Positions 50,526 to 64,000 of a stretch of 64,000 nucleotides of DNA are shown here, piece by piece. Made by a program: the position numbers and the translations under genes. Within the stretch, counting starts at the first letter, position 1. Each line of letters opens with the position of its first letter. The notes below the pieces were generated by a model. It was not told the origin of the DNA, ran no database searches, and saw nothing but the letters and a program-made list of their open reading frames with translations. The DNA is from Eledone cirrhosa (taxonomy: Eukaryota), in assembly GCA_964016885.1 (NCBI GenBank), contig OZ024743.1, forward strand, positions 17,732,001 through 17,796,000, written 5' to 3'.

Positions 50526-52447
50526 CTTAACTATGAAACAACCAGTCGCCTGAGAAAGAAAAAAATGTTTATAAATCCCTCGATCAAATATATAACTAAA
50601 TGTTTATATGAAAAAATATATATAGTATTAGGAATTGAGAATGATTCAATGGAAGCAAGTGCATTAGTTCTTTCACCAGACAAGTAAAGCTAAATAAACA
50701 TGGATACCTCACTGTAATATAGAGATTAGTGAATCTAAAATATGTTTATTCGCCGAGTTTACATTGACATTCAGTATCTAATGGTTATACATAGAAACGT
50801 GTATGAGTCCTGAATTGTCGCATGAATATTAATATAACAATTTGACTATGTAAATATAGATACAAAATTTGGTAAATGTTGTAAGATAGTGGGCAATAGA
50901 AATTTTAATAACAACGTATCGTAGATGATTCACGTTTAAATATGGATCAGTTATTAATTGTTTTAAATATATACCTTATTGATACTGATGATTATTAGAT
51001 TTCCGTTTCAATTTGTTACCGATAATTAACTGAGATGTGTAATAAAATGAATAGTTTTATTAGTAATATTTTCACATTAGGAATTCTCTGATGGCTAAGA
51101 TCTATTACCTTACTACTAGTTTCAGGAAGAACATTGATTATACGTTTTTGTATAGTAGTGTGTGTGGGGGGGGGGGGGTATATGTGTGTGTGTATGTGTG
51201 TGTGTGCGTGCCTGTATAGATGTTTGGATGTATCTGTGGTCTTAAGTTTGTGCGCGTACACTCGTATGTTTATAAAGAAATGTATTGTGCAACCATACAA
51301 TGTAACTACCAATACCTTATGTTATGCATTTCACCGCAACATCTAAACAATCTTCGGCCCATTTGTATTATTCTATAGTAAACAATATATTTTATTTATA
51401 ATTATTTCTTTGTAATGTGTCGTTATTTAATGCTAAAGTGAAATAAGTATATTTTTCTATAATTCAAGAACTGGTTCTCAGTTGGTTCCTACAATACAGG
51501 AGCAATTTTTAAAATTACATTTACAGGCTAATATATTGATAAGACCTTGTTAACTTACGTAATTTGGAAGGCCTACGATCATACATTGTGTACATCTTTT
51601 TATGTATATTTACAAACATTCGCAAATTGTTTATACGTATTCATACATTTACATGTATTTACATATAAATCACAGTAATTTTTTAATTTACCATATATGC
51701 CACTTCTTCATCAAAAGTACAATTCATAACCGTCTAATGCCGCATGTACCATGTGGTGAGTGGTACGTATGTTTCGATGGCAGAGAAAACTTCATGTATT
51801 AATATTCCAAAATTTATTGTACATTAATGGCCATAGGCATGTTCCATTTGTTTGTCATAAAAATATATATTTATTAATATCTCTAATATACAAATCGCTA
51901 GAGTAGGAATAATGTTAAATAAGTACTTTAGGGGAAATGTTCATACTTGAGAATGAGTATTAAAATATGCTTCACAACCTTTTTTCTCATATCTACAAAA
52001 GTTCAATCTTTCAAGTTGTTTCGATATTTTCTGGATGTTAATCGTGTTAAACATCTCTGAACAAACATAATCTTGAATACAATTATAAAAGTATTGACGA
52101 TATTTCCATAGCGACATGTTTGAGCTTGTAATCTAGTTCTCGCTCTTTCACCTGTCTTTACGAATGCAAGTTATGCTTTGTAAAATAAATCAGTTATTTT
52201 ATAGGAGAAATTTAATAAAAATCAGATAGATATATTGCACAAAAAAATATATTGAATATCAAAATAATTTTCAAGATATATTTTATCCATATATAGAAAT
52301 ACAATAATTGATTTAGAATATAATTAAGGGTACATTGTAATATCAAAGAGACAATTTACATTTCAAAGGAAGAATGGAAATATTATATTATTCCCAATTC
52401 AAATATAAATCAAGACTTTATAATTGTAATACACACACACACAGACA

Positions 52448-52587
<140 letters not shown>

Positions 52588-52775
52588 GATAAATCTACAA
52601 AAATATACGGTAGTGTCCAATCCGTATGAAGAACTAAATGTAATACGAATATCATGAAAAGAGAAGATGTATTCAAACATTTTTTTTCCGATGAAAAATA
52701 CAGGAAAACAGAGTCAAGATAAATTAATAAAAATAATGAATAAAAACAAAGAAACAGTTCCTTATATTAAACAAT

Positions 52776-52915
52776 TCATCATTTTACGATCGTTTCTAGG
52801 ATATATATGTTTGTGTTGGTATGTATATGATATAGATCTATGTAAATTGTTTACAAACTATCAGAGGGAATATACATACCTACAGATATATATATGCTGT
52901 CTTCAGAAATAATGA
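52776..52915 (-). ncRNA. Type I hammerhead motif with long stem II
   Basis: Reverse complement of 53480-53617. Core CUGAAGA / GAAA CGAUCG UA conserved. Confidence 0.65.
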
Positions 52916-53479
52916 TATTTGTTTATTGAAAAAATGCAGTTCATTAGTAGTAGAATATTAATTATAGGTTAAATAATTTTAAAAAAGTGTTGTTATAATA
53001 ATTTCTAAAGTGCATATTAATTAGGTTTATAATATTTAAAAGTTCTTCTCGGTTTATGATTACATGATATAATTAATTCCTGTCGTTTATTTAATAGGAT
53101 ATCCTTAGATTTCATTATTTCAAAAAGTTCCTGGGAACATAATCTACATTCATATCTATTATTTTGATAAGCGGTGGCCCCTTTGAGCACACTCCAGGTC
53201 AGGTCATAATCTATATTCCTCTTTCTATAATTATTAATTATTTCAGCTAAAGATGTTGTATTAGCTAATGCGGCATTTTAAAACAGTTTTTTTCATTCAT
53301 CATACTTTCATTCATCATTCAAATCTGAAATCTGCTTTCCTCTACCCCTAAATTAAAGTTATATTACTACTATTCTACCATCTTGACCACTCACTATCTT
53401 TCTATTGGTCAATTCAAAACCTGTTCCCAAACAGACCTATTATATTAAATGTTTTTTGTTTTTTTTCAATAAACAAATA

Positions 53480-53617
53480 TCATTATTTCTGAAGACAGCA
53501 TATATATGTGTAGGTATGTATATTCCCTCAGATAGGTTGTAAAAATTTTACATAGATCTATATGATATACATACCAACACAAACATATATATCCTAGAAA
53601 CGATCGTAAAATGATGA
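53480..53617 (+). ncRNA. Type I hammerhead motif with long stem II
   Basis: UCAUUAUUU CUGAAGA [101 nt, self-complementary] GAAA CGAUCG UA AAAUGAUGA. 9-bp stem I. Confidence 0.7.
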
Positions 53618-53671
53618 ATTTTTTAATATAAGGAACTGTTTCTTTGTTTTTATTCATTATTTTTATTAATT

Positions 53672-53803
<132 letters not shown>

Positions 53804-55739
53804 CAGAGAGAGAGAGAGATAGAAAGGGAGAGAGAGAAAGAGAGACAGACAGACAAGCAGAGACAGAGAGAAGATGTTGCTTTTATTTTCGAGTGGACAC
53901 TGGCTTCTGAAGCGATTCGTGAAATATGATATGTCACTAAAAATGATGGATACCATTTGACCGTTAACATTTAATCATTGACATTTAAAGAATTGAATGG
54001 AACACAATCTACCCTCAAGAGATACAATCAGAGAAGGCGCACATACGTAACGCAGCAACAGCTTTTAGGTTATTAAATATTCTAAATATTTACTAACCAA
54101 ACGACTTTAATGTTTACGGAAAAAATCCGATTAAAACCAATTACAGACATATATGTGCAAGTATTATCGAGGAAAATTACAAGAATTCATATTCAGAACC
54201 GATGTAAATACGGAAAGATTAGCGCTGAACATTTTAGTGATTGAGCCACAATACTATGCTGCCAAATCAAATATAACGCGTCAGGTGCTTTCACGAATTA
54301 AATCGAAAATATAAATCATGCAATAAATCTGCAACGAAAGATATTTTAAAAACCTGACGCTATTAGTAAAGCACATATTAAGAGGACAAAGCAGGTAAAA
54401 AAGTATGTGAAACAATTAATGATTTTATCGGAAATAGTTCCAGCTCTTCTGAATAAAGTATGAAAGCAAAGATTGAAAATTATAAAAATGATGCATATTC
54501 TGGAGGTAATATAAGGAGCATCTTAGCCTTTATTGACCCTGGTCCTGAAACGGCATATTGGATGTACAGAGTAATTATCATCCTACTGTAATACAATTGA
54601 TTTAAATATCTAATATGTTTGATTATATTTCCGGCATGTACCAATAATTTCATGTATCAAAACAAATATGGTAATCTAGAGAGTATCTCCATATGGTGTT
54701 TTATCAGTTTACTGAATTAATGATGATCACAATTTCAGGTCGTCTAATAATTAGGTGAGGCATTTGTGATCTGAAGGATGGATATTGTGAGAACACATAT
54801 TAAGAGATGAATTCCTCGAAACTGGAAGTGTCTTTCCAGGTGCAAATTGATCAGATGTTAGCAATTGTCCCTGTCAACTGGTGATTAAAACTACTGTTGT
54901 AAATGTGTTACATGAGAGAATGATTTGAAATGAATCGATAACTTTCCAAATGGCATTGGTGATAGGGAAAATGAACAAAGGGAGAAATTGAAGTTAGATT
55001 AAGTGTGTCGATGCATGGAGCGTGCGAACGAAAATAATATGATGATCTTTGCAACGCCAGATTTATTGTATGTGCTGCATGATTTAAGGTATATATATAT
55101 ATAGATGAGCTTTTCCATCAGCACTTACCAGAACATGTAAGTGTAAGCCGCCGGCCGGTGTTATTAGTGACATTCACGATTATATTGCTTTGTACAGCCA
55201 TTAGAGCAGATGGAATAGAAAAGTGTCGGGTTTGGTCGTTCGTTAAGTTAATATAGGTTTTGAATGACTTAATGAGGTATTGCATGTTTTCGGTTGGTAT
55301 AAGTTGACTATATTTCTGCTAGTTGATCGTTGAGCTAGTGTCACTGCATATCAGTATATTGGGTCATGTTGAAAAGGAATTAGAGACAGTGGATGTCCTT
55401 ACGTCTTATATTCAGTATGCACAATTGCCACACCAATTAGGCATGTGTGGCTTAGTTGATGAAGATTACAAAACTATGTAAAATTACAGTTGGATCCAGA
55501 AACGACCGTCTGTCCACACCAAACATTAGTGCAGGGAATAGTGCTTTGATAAAAAAAGTTTGGTCATAGAGTAAAAGGACGTGTGTATATTACCTCTTCC
55601 TTCAGCTGCCTGCGCCTGCTGAAGACTATCGTAACTATATATAGAGTTTATGATTTGTTAAATTAGTTTATGATTTGTTTAAATTAGGCATTGATAATCG
55701 AAATTACACCACACAGACACAAAATATCAAAATGCCACC

Positions 55740-56307
55740 ATTACATGGATTTTCTTTGCTCACGATATGAAGAAATGACTGACTAATAAATAGTTACAAT
55801 TTCAAGGAAATCGGTCTGACGTTACGCCTCAAAAACCCCATAAAAACCGGAACAAACGCAGTTTTTCACCCAATGCTGGCCCTAGAAGATCGAATAGTTT
55901 AATGTGTGTATGTGCGTAACACTCCCTGATGTATAAGTAATAAAAATTGTTTGGAAACTTCTCCAGTTTTATGGATTCAAACTCACAGACACACACACAC
56001 AGACAGACATCCTCAGGGAATTGACGTAATGCAGACAGCCAGACATACAGACAGCTATTATAAGGGCGCGACGTTATATGTATGTATCTATCTAAAAAGA
56101 GAAAGACTAAGAATTATAGAGAGAGATCGCTAAATCGTCTAATGCGGTCCCTAGGTCATTGAACATTTGAAATTTCTTTGCTCAGAACACTCCCTGATAC
56201 AAAAGTAGTACATGTGTAAAGTTTGGAAACAGTCGGTTGCGTGGTCCTCGGGTGTTAGGGATTCAAACACACACGCAGACAGACATCCTCAGTTTTATAT
56301 ATATAGA
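55740..56307 (-). mobile_element. Non-autonomous Helitron-like element (family B), left boundary uncertain
   Basis: Minus strand starts TCTATATATATAAAACTGAGGATGTCTGTCTG. The 5'-subterminal block is duplicated at ~55920-56016. Confidence 0.55.
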
Positions 56308-57248
56308 CTAGCAGAAAACCACCCGGTGGGCGGATTTCTGCTAGAAAATCTAGTGTATGTACTGATATTGTTGAGATTTGGATGAGAAATGTTTTCGGCA
56401 CCACATGTTCACCGTCTCTCGGTGTGTCTTTTATGCATGTATAAATATATATGTTATCTATACGGTGAAATCTTTGAAATAAATATATGTTAAAACGAAA
56501 AAGGAGAAAATAAATAACTGGCGGTTAGGAAAAATATTCCTATGAAATTTTAATCATACCATTAGGTGTGAATAAGGAAATATTTTTTTATTGTCAAAAC
56601 AAATGTTCAAAAGTTAAACTTCAATTTTTTGAATTATTTCCAATTTTTTCATGAAACTGAACACTGGACATTGGCTGCTGGAAATGGAAATTAAATCGTA
56701 TTTAATTGTATTTAAATTTCTAACCTTATTTTATTATTTATATTTTTTCAATAAGAAATAAAAAAAAAACAACAACAAAAATTGAAGATAAAAATTGAAC
56801 AAATCAAACGTAGGTTATGGAACTGCGCAATCTGATTAATAAATTACCTCATCAGCAGCAACCTTTTTCAAATGGTCCTTATTATCAGCAGCAACAACCA
56901 CACATTCAATGGCAACCTTCTTCAAACCACACATTCAATGGCAACCTTATTCGCATGGTGTCAAGTCAGAACCGCCTCGAACTGGTTACTTCTGGCTTGT
57001 GCAAGGTGTCTCTATAGCAACCAGCGATTCCCTCGGCCTCAGTGACCAAAGTCAGTGGAGAGGGGAAGGTAATCTTTCTATAGCAGGTGTTTTAGCGTCT
57101 ATTCACTCTCTCTCTCTCTCCTTCTCTCCCTCCCGCTATCCCCTTCTCGTAATCTGTCTCTTTCTTTCACTCTCACTCTCTCTCTACGCACGTGTTTCCA
57201 CTGTCGGACAGACAGACAGAGAAATTTCTGGTTATATATATAAGTAGA
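56308..57248 (-). mobile_element. Non-autonomous Helitron (family A, copy 1)
   Basis: Minus strand: 5' TC, (CTGT)n near the 5' end, GC-rich hairpin CCGCCCACCGGGTGG, 3' CTAG. Confidence 0.8.
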
Positions 57249-58184
57249 CTAGCAGTAAAGCCCGGTGTTGATCGGGGCTGCTCAGTAGCTGTGTTAAAGT
57301 TACAATGTTGAGTTCCTTTCTTGGCTTAACAACTGTAGAGTCTACAGTGTAGACTTTCATGTGGTACTTTTGATTAATAATCCCTCAACCAACAGTATGC
57401 CTCATGAAGTTAAGAAAACATAACCATAACACGAATGTTAAAACAAAAGGGATGCTGGGGATAAAAACTGCACCGGTAATCTATTTATAAAAATCGAAAA
57501 TGTAAACACTGCAACACATGTCTCAGAGAAAAACATCAGCGTAACCAAACTATCAGTTATTTTGAAACAAAGAAATTGGATGGTTATGAAAAACAAACAA
57601 AAAAAATGCGTTATCTGTCTGTCGTTTAAAATCATTGCTTCTAAACGACAATCTCATAAGGCTTTATTCTAGATTATATATATAGATCAATGCTATTTTT
57701 ACAAAATATTTGCTTCTTTTACGGTGTATTCAAATAGGCTTCTTTTCAGGTAAAAATATTGTTTTAAACGACTTTTTAATGGAAATGAAGCAAAATGGAA
57801 GCTTAATGTTGAAACTTCGAACTCATGAATTTTGCAGGTTAAAATTTTGCTGGTCCGAAAACTGTTCGCGTATTTTTGTACTTTTGCAAGCGTCGTATAT
57901 TCGTAACGTAAATAGATAGAATGACGCCATAAAAGGGAAATAACTCGTCTCTCATCTCTATTTATACATTTGAACTGAAATATCAATACATTGCAAATTC
58001 GATTTTTGCACTTGGCGCGGGTCGATTTGAAACTTTTTTTTACCGATGTCTCCGCCAGCCCTTCATCTATAAGTGTAGCAATGTCACCGAAGTTTGAACG
58101 GACGGTTTAGAAGGAGATGTGTATCGACCGTTTTAGTAGAGAGACAGACAGACAGACATACACTCTCAGTTTTACATATATAGA
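57249..58184 (-). mobile_element. Non-autonomous Helitron (family C)
   Basis: Minus strand: 5' TCTATATATG, (CTGT)n, subterminal CCCGATCAACACCGGG hairpin, 3' CTAG. Confidence 0.75.
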
Positions 58185-59092
58185 GTAGCAGAAAACCACC
58201 CGGTGGGCGGTTTTCTGCTAGAAAATCTAGTGTATATACTGATATTGTTGAGATTTGGATGAGAAATGTTTTCGGCACCACATGTTCACCGTCTCTCGGT
58301 GTGTCTTTTATGCATGCATAAATATATATGTTATCTATACGGTGAAATGTTTGAAATAAATATATGTTAAAACGAAAAAGGAGAAAATAAATAACTGGCG
58401 GTTAGAAAAATATATTCTATGAAATATTAATCATACCATTAGGTGTGAATAAGGAAATCTTTTTTATTGTCAAAACACATGTTCAAAAGTTAAACTTCAA
58501 TTTGTTTAATTATTTCCAATTTTTTCATGAAATTGAACACTGGACATTGGCTGCTGGAAATGGAAATTAAATCGTATTTAATTGTATTTAAATTTCTAAA
58601 CTTATTTTATTATTTATATTTTTTCAATAAGAAATAAAATAAAACAACAACAAAAATTGACGATAAAAATTGAACAAATCAAACGTAGGTTATGGAACTG
58701 CGCAATCTGATTAATAAATTACCTCATCAGCAGCAACCTTCTTCAAATGGTCCTTATTACCAGCAGCAACAGCCACAAATTCAATGGCAACCTTCTTCGC
58801 ATGGTGTCAAGTCACAACCGCCTCGAACTGGTTACTTCTGGCTTGTGCAAGGTGTCTCTATAGCAACCAGGTATTCCCTCGGCCTCAGTGACCAAAGTCA
58901 GTGGAGAGGGGAAGGTAATGTTTCTATAGCACGTGTTTTAGCGTCTATTCACTCTCTCTCCCTCTCTCCCTCTCTCCCTCCCGCTATCCCCCTCACGTAG
59001 TCTGATTCTTTCTTTCACTCTCACTCTCTCTCTACGCACGTGTTTCCACTGTCGGACAGACAGAGAAATTGCTGGTTATATATATAAGTAGA
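58185..59092 (-). mobile_element. Non-autonomous Helitron (family A, copy 2)
   Basis: Highly similar direct repeat of 56308-57248, lacking one ~30-bp internal duplication. 5' TC preceded by A; 3' CTAG altered to CTAC. Confidence 0.8.
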
Positions 59093-59745
59093 TTAACGTG
59101 GTATATGTGTTTATATGACTGTATGTACTTCTATGTAAATGTGGGCTACTGCTGATATTGTTGTATGTGTGGATGTCTATGTTTTGATATATTTCTCTAT
59201 TCATACGCGTTTGTATGCAGTTGTTATCTCTGCACTATTTTACATATTTCTAAATTTCAATTATACTGTACTTGCAACTTCCAACCTCGGCGTGCCCCTT
59301 CTGATTCTGGAAGGGCAGATACTCAAGATTTGTACTGATGGAGTTAGTAAAATAACCAAGGGAACCAAAGGTTACGGATACAAATAAATATGTATATTCA
59401 GATAGAAGAATATCTATAAAGGGTTCATTATTTCATCATAGATGTTCTCGTTATTACTAGCGTCTAAATATGTATTGATATCTACTAGAAAGTTGATTTC
59501 CATTACTGTGTGCGTACCCATATTTCTCCATTCTATTTGTGCATGTTGAGCCATCTTCTGTGTTTTTTTAGTAGAACATTCTTCCAGTCTCTTTCATATA
59601 ATGTATAAATAAACCCTCCATATCGCTGAAACATTCTCAGGACTGTCCACAGAATAATTTGTGTAACACTTTTCCTTGGCTATATAACGCAATTACAAAG
59701 AGAAGCGCCAGTTTTCGATGTTGGTATTTTCGAAATCAATTAATA

Positions 59746-59803
<58 letters not shown>

Positions 59804-59951
59804 CGTTTCTGAATTTGTTTAGCAAGATTCTTTATCTGTAATCGTCTGTTGAAACCGATATTGTTATACTTTGGGAGAGTCATGTTGCCAATAAGAAACA
59901 CACGCACCAGTTGCTTTCACTTCAAGAGGCAGACCACCTACCATTACCTCA

Positions 59952-61385
59952 ATGGCCAAGAAAACCCACACAGATAGATGGAACGGGTGGACCAGAGCCA
60001 TACGGACACCCGAAAACCACGATGAACTGAAGAAAATGATTGCACATGCGGTAGGGGCCAGCATAAAACTAACCCTTAAGGAACATATGTTCAAATTTAA
60101 TGGAAAATCATATGCCCAAGAGGAAGGAGCAGCCATTGGTGTTAGCATTGCAGGCGACATAGCTAACTTATTCATGGTATGGTGGGACAGTAGACTTAAA
60201 CTTAAACTTAAAGAACAATTAGAAGACCCCTTAACCCTGATAATGTACTGCCGGTACTTTGATGATATAAACATCGTAGTTAAGACACCCCCACTAGAGA
60301 ACAGTCAGGAACTAGAGAAAAACACAATGGAAAGCATCCAGCAAATAGCAAACTCCATCCACCAGAGCATTACAGTTACTATAGAGTACCCTAGTAAACA
60401 CCCCAACCATCGATTACCTGTACTAGATACAGAGCTCTGATTAGATACCATTAACAACAAAAAACAAATCCTCCATTCCCATTATGCCAAACCCATGACT
60501 TCCAAACATCTGATCCACCGAAATTCAGCCGTTTCGGACCATACCAAAATCAACATACTGATTGCGGATTTGGTACGAGTGATGAGAAATGTGTCCCGCA
60601 TGTGCAACCCCGAAGAACTAGAGAGACACATACAACACTTCATCCACCGTATGCAGTTCTCTGGCTACAATCAGAGAGATAAAATCAGAGTGTTTAGAGG
60701 AGCCAGAACCAAATGGGAAAAAATGGTAAATAATGACATAAATGGGACCTGCCCCTTGTATAGGAGCAAATTTCGGAATAGAATAGAAAGAACTAGGAAT
60801 AAGGCTAATAGAATAAACTCATGGTAAGATAGCAATAAATACCAGAGTGTAATGTTCATCGATACAACCCCTAGAGGTGAATTAGCTTACAAATTTAGAA
60901 GGGCCCTAAATAAACATAAACTCAATATTAAGATAGTAGAAAGACCAGGTACCTCTGTAAAAACACTTATTAGCAAGACATACCCTTTTCAAAGACCCTC
61001 ATGTATAGATAAGAAATGTATAACCTGTAAAATAAGCCCCCATATTAACTGTAAAACTAGAAATGTAGTGTATAGCATAAGATGTACTGAAGCACAATGT
61101 AGAGACAGAAATATAGTGTACATAGGTGAGACAGCTCGTAGTGTAGGGGAACGGATAAATGAACACTGGCGAGACCTTCAGGATAGTAAAGAATCATCTG
61201 TACTCTACCAACATGCTAAAATAGAACACAAGGGTAAATTAGAGAACATAGAAATAAAAATAGAATCTGCACACAGAAAAGACGCAATGTTTAGACAAAT
61301 TACAGAGGCAATAAACATAAAAGAATTACAACCAAAATTAAATAGAAAATATGAGTGGAACGGCAACATCACAACTTACAATTAA
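59952..61385 (+). pseudogene. PLE RT-GIY-YIG ORF in one reading frame with two premature stops (60438-60440, 60825-60827)
   Basis: YAQEEGAAIGVSIAGDIANLFM, RYFDDI, LPVLD, YAKPM, VVYSIRC...YIGET. All three listed ORFs share a frame. The 18.5-kb copy has TAT where this copy has TAA. Confidence 0.9.
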
Positions 61386-61585
61386 GGACAAAATGAAAAC
61401 ACACACACACATAGAACAAACAACCAACCAGTAACATGTAAATGAACAAATAAATAAATGAACATAAACACACACAGACACCCGGATGTGGCGCATGCGC
61501 AGACTGAGCAGACAACACACACACAGAAACAAGATGGCGTAGGACAGAACAAAGGAGAGGCACAGAAACAAAGAAAGGAATCCCC

Positions 61586-61630
61586 AGTCACTGAAGAGGT
61601 CACAGAGTGTGTGACGAAAGAACTATGACT
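61586..61630 (+). ncRNA. Type I hammerhead ribozyme motif (PLE family A)
   Basis: AGUCA CUGAAGA G GUCAC-agagugu-GUGAC GAAA G-aa-C UA UGACU, identical to 17606-17650. Confidence 0.8.
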
Positions 61631-61844
61631 ATGTATAAACAACTATCTTGGTTGTGGAACCAACCAACTAGAAATTTATAAATTTATAAATTTATTATAA
61701 ATTTATTATAATAAATTGAAGTGAAATCAACTGGTGCGTGTGTTTCTTATTGGCAACATGACCCTCCCAAATATAGGAGTCGATCGAGGTCGATCGGGGT
61801 TGTGAGTGTTAAGGGGAAGTTTACTTTGGGCTCGGTGTACACAT

Positions 61845-61916
<72 letters not shown>

Positions 61917-61929
61917 TATATATATATAC

Positions 61930-62657
<728 letters not shown>

Positions 62658-63272
62658 GCACCTGCGCCTGTTTTTGTGCGCGCGTGCTTGCAACGATGTG
62701 CTTTGACGTACACGCATATGTACTTCATGCGGAAATAGGAACTGTAGTCCTTTGCATTTCCTGGATTTTGACACTCAGATTTATAGTGTTTTACAATCCA
62801 CTTTCATCTCATTTGCTGTTAAAACGCACCACTCGATGATAAATTAAGAATTGCAATTTTTACACGTCTCGATTCTGACACACACGTTTTCTACTTCAGC
62901 TAATATGTTTCAAATCTTTCAAATTTTGATATTGGTTGTAACACAAGCACTCTTTATTTTTTTTATTTGTTTGCCCCAACCACCAGCACCACGTGAAATG
63001 GTGGCAGGGTAGATACCAACCTACACGCACAAATTCTTCAGAACATGTCTTGCTTCAGAAAAAATTTCTATACACCTTTGACTGAGGAATGTTCTCACAA
63101 CTGACCAATGGGATGCGAGCGTGACCTATGACGTCGAAATTCGTTTGTTCTAACACATTGATTCCAGTTCCTCAGAAGGATAACAACACAACCAGGAGCT
63201 GGATATATCGATGTATTGACGGAGTGAAACACACTTCAACAACATGTGTACCTGTCAATCCCACACCAATTC

Positions 63273-63333
63273 GGATGCCTGAAGAGGTCACAGCCTACGA
63301 TGGATGTCACCGAAATATATATAATAGTATATC
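63273..63333 (+). ncRNA. Degenerate hammerhead motif in a probable pLTR remnant (~62990-63390)
   Basis: CUGAAGA GGUcACA-12nt-UGUcACC GAAA UAUAUAUA. Stem I weak; aataaa downstream. Confidence 0.5.
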
Positions 63334-63392
63334 TATAATTTATAATAAACGAAGCCTAATTTTACATATCTGACTTAATTAATTTATTGATA

Positions 63393-63700
63393 TCATCATC
63401 ATCATCATCATCATCACCGTTTTACGTCTGCTCGTCCAGGCTAGCATAGGTTAGACGTCTTGTACTGTTGTGGGCAGTGCCCGGTATGCTGACCTTGTCT
63501 TGCGCATACGGGAACTGATTCTGGCTTGATTTCTACAGTTGGATGCTCTTCCTAACACCAAGCTCGTATACAGTGAGTGGTGGGTGTTTTTTTTTCCGTG
63601 GCACCTACCCGTCCACTTTACAGTGTGGGCTGGGTGCTTTTTTTCCGTGGCACCTCTACAACCACTTTGCAGTGGGAGGGTGTGGGAGCATAGTGTCTAT
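63393..63700 (-). mobile_element. 3' end of a LINE/SINE with a (GAT)n tail
   Basis: (cat)n followed by cgttttacgtc...gctagcataggttagacg...tttctacagttggatgctcttcctaacacca, which resembles RTE-type 3' UTRs (recalled, not searched). Confidence 0.55.
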
Positions 63701-64000
63701 AAGCTTCAGCTTCGGCATGTACCCGTGGGTGTCGGATCTTCTGTAATACTGCGTGACTCCAGAGGTCACTGTCGTGTGTCATCGCCTAGAGAGAGAGGGT
63801 TGCCATCATGGCTTATAGCATGTCAGGGCAAAATAAACCGATACGAGTACCCATATTAGACAAGTCGAAATGTTATGATTTCGAAGGGAGTAGATGACTT
63901 CGTAGAGACAGCGAAATGGTAAATAAAACAATAATAATAATAATGTAAGAGAGAAGGAAGGGAATAGATGACTTCGTAGAGAGACAGCCATAGTGGCCAG

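Larger units (their letters stand above)
59799..61770 (+). mobile_element. PLE family A, 5'-truncated, with inverted pLTR end at its 5' side (59799-59924)
   Basis: RT + GIY-YIG + pLTR with hammerhead. The end of 59799-59924 is the reverse complement of 61715-61770. Confidence 0.93.

Noticed and set aside
56817-59000. Duplicated Gln-rich ORF (MELRNLINKLPHQQQP...) as a Helitron-captured exon
   Set aside because: Short, low-complexity, frame differs between copies and no recognisable domain; cannot be supported without a search.
60438-60440. In-frame TGA in a PLE ORF as possible selenocysteine recoding (reported for some PLEs)
   Set aside because: The context LPVLDTEL* suggests a mutated Trp codon, a second stop (TAA) is clearly a mutation relative to the 18.5-kb copy, and I see no SECIS.

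Overview
AT-rich, microsatellite-dense animal DNA made almost entirely of mobile-element material. I found no host gene exon, rRNA, intact tRNA or CRISPR array. The SINE families and (TA)n/(TAA)n/(CA)n load suggest an octopod cephalopod (inference, not verified). 0-11 kb is a nest of non-LTR retrotransposons around (TAA)n tracts: an intact R4/Dong-clade ORF (5762-9154, minus; RT + CCHC + restriction-like endonuclease), a 5'-truncated sister copy, a 5' fragment of a second Dong-like family, and a decayed L1/Tx1-like element. The rest holds many Penelope-like element (PLE) remnants, a 5'-truncated RTE LINE, two tRNA-derived SINE families, a hAT-type MITE and a head-to-tail array of non-autonomous Helitrons. 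The main signal outside the ORF track is RNA structure. About 12 type I hammerhead-ribozyme motifs from about 7 unrelated sequence families sit in PLE 3' repeats, many with palindromic minimal stem III and often duplicated in inverted (fold-back) orientation at (TA)n tracts. A further family of small elements keeps only the GAAAC...GUC half of a hammerhead. All folds and alignments were read by eye; boundaries are approximate unless exact sequence is quoted.
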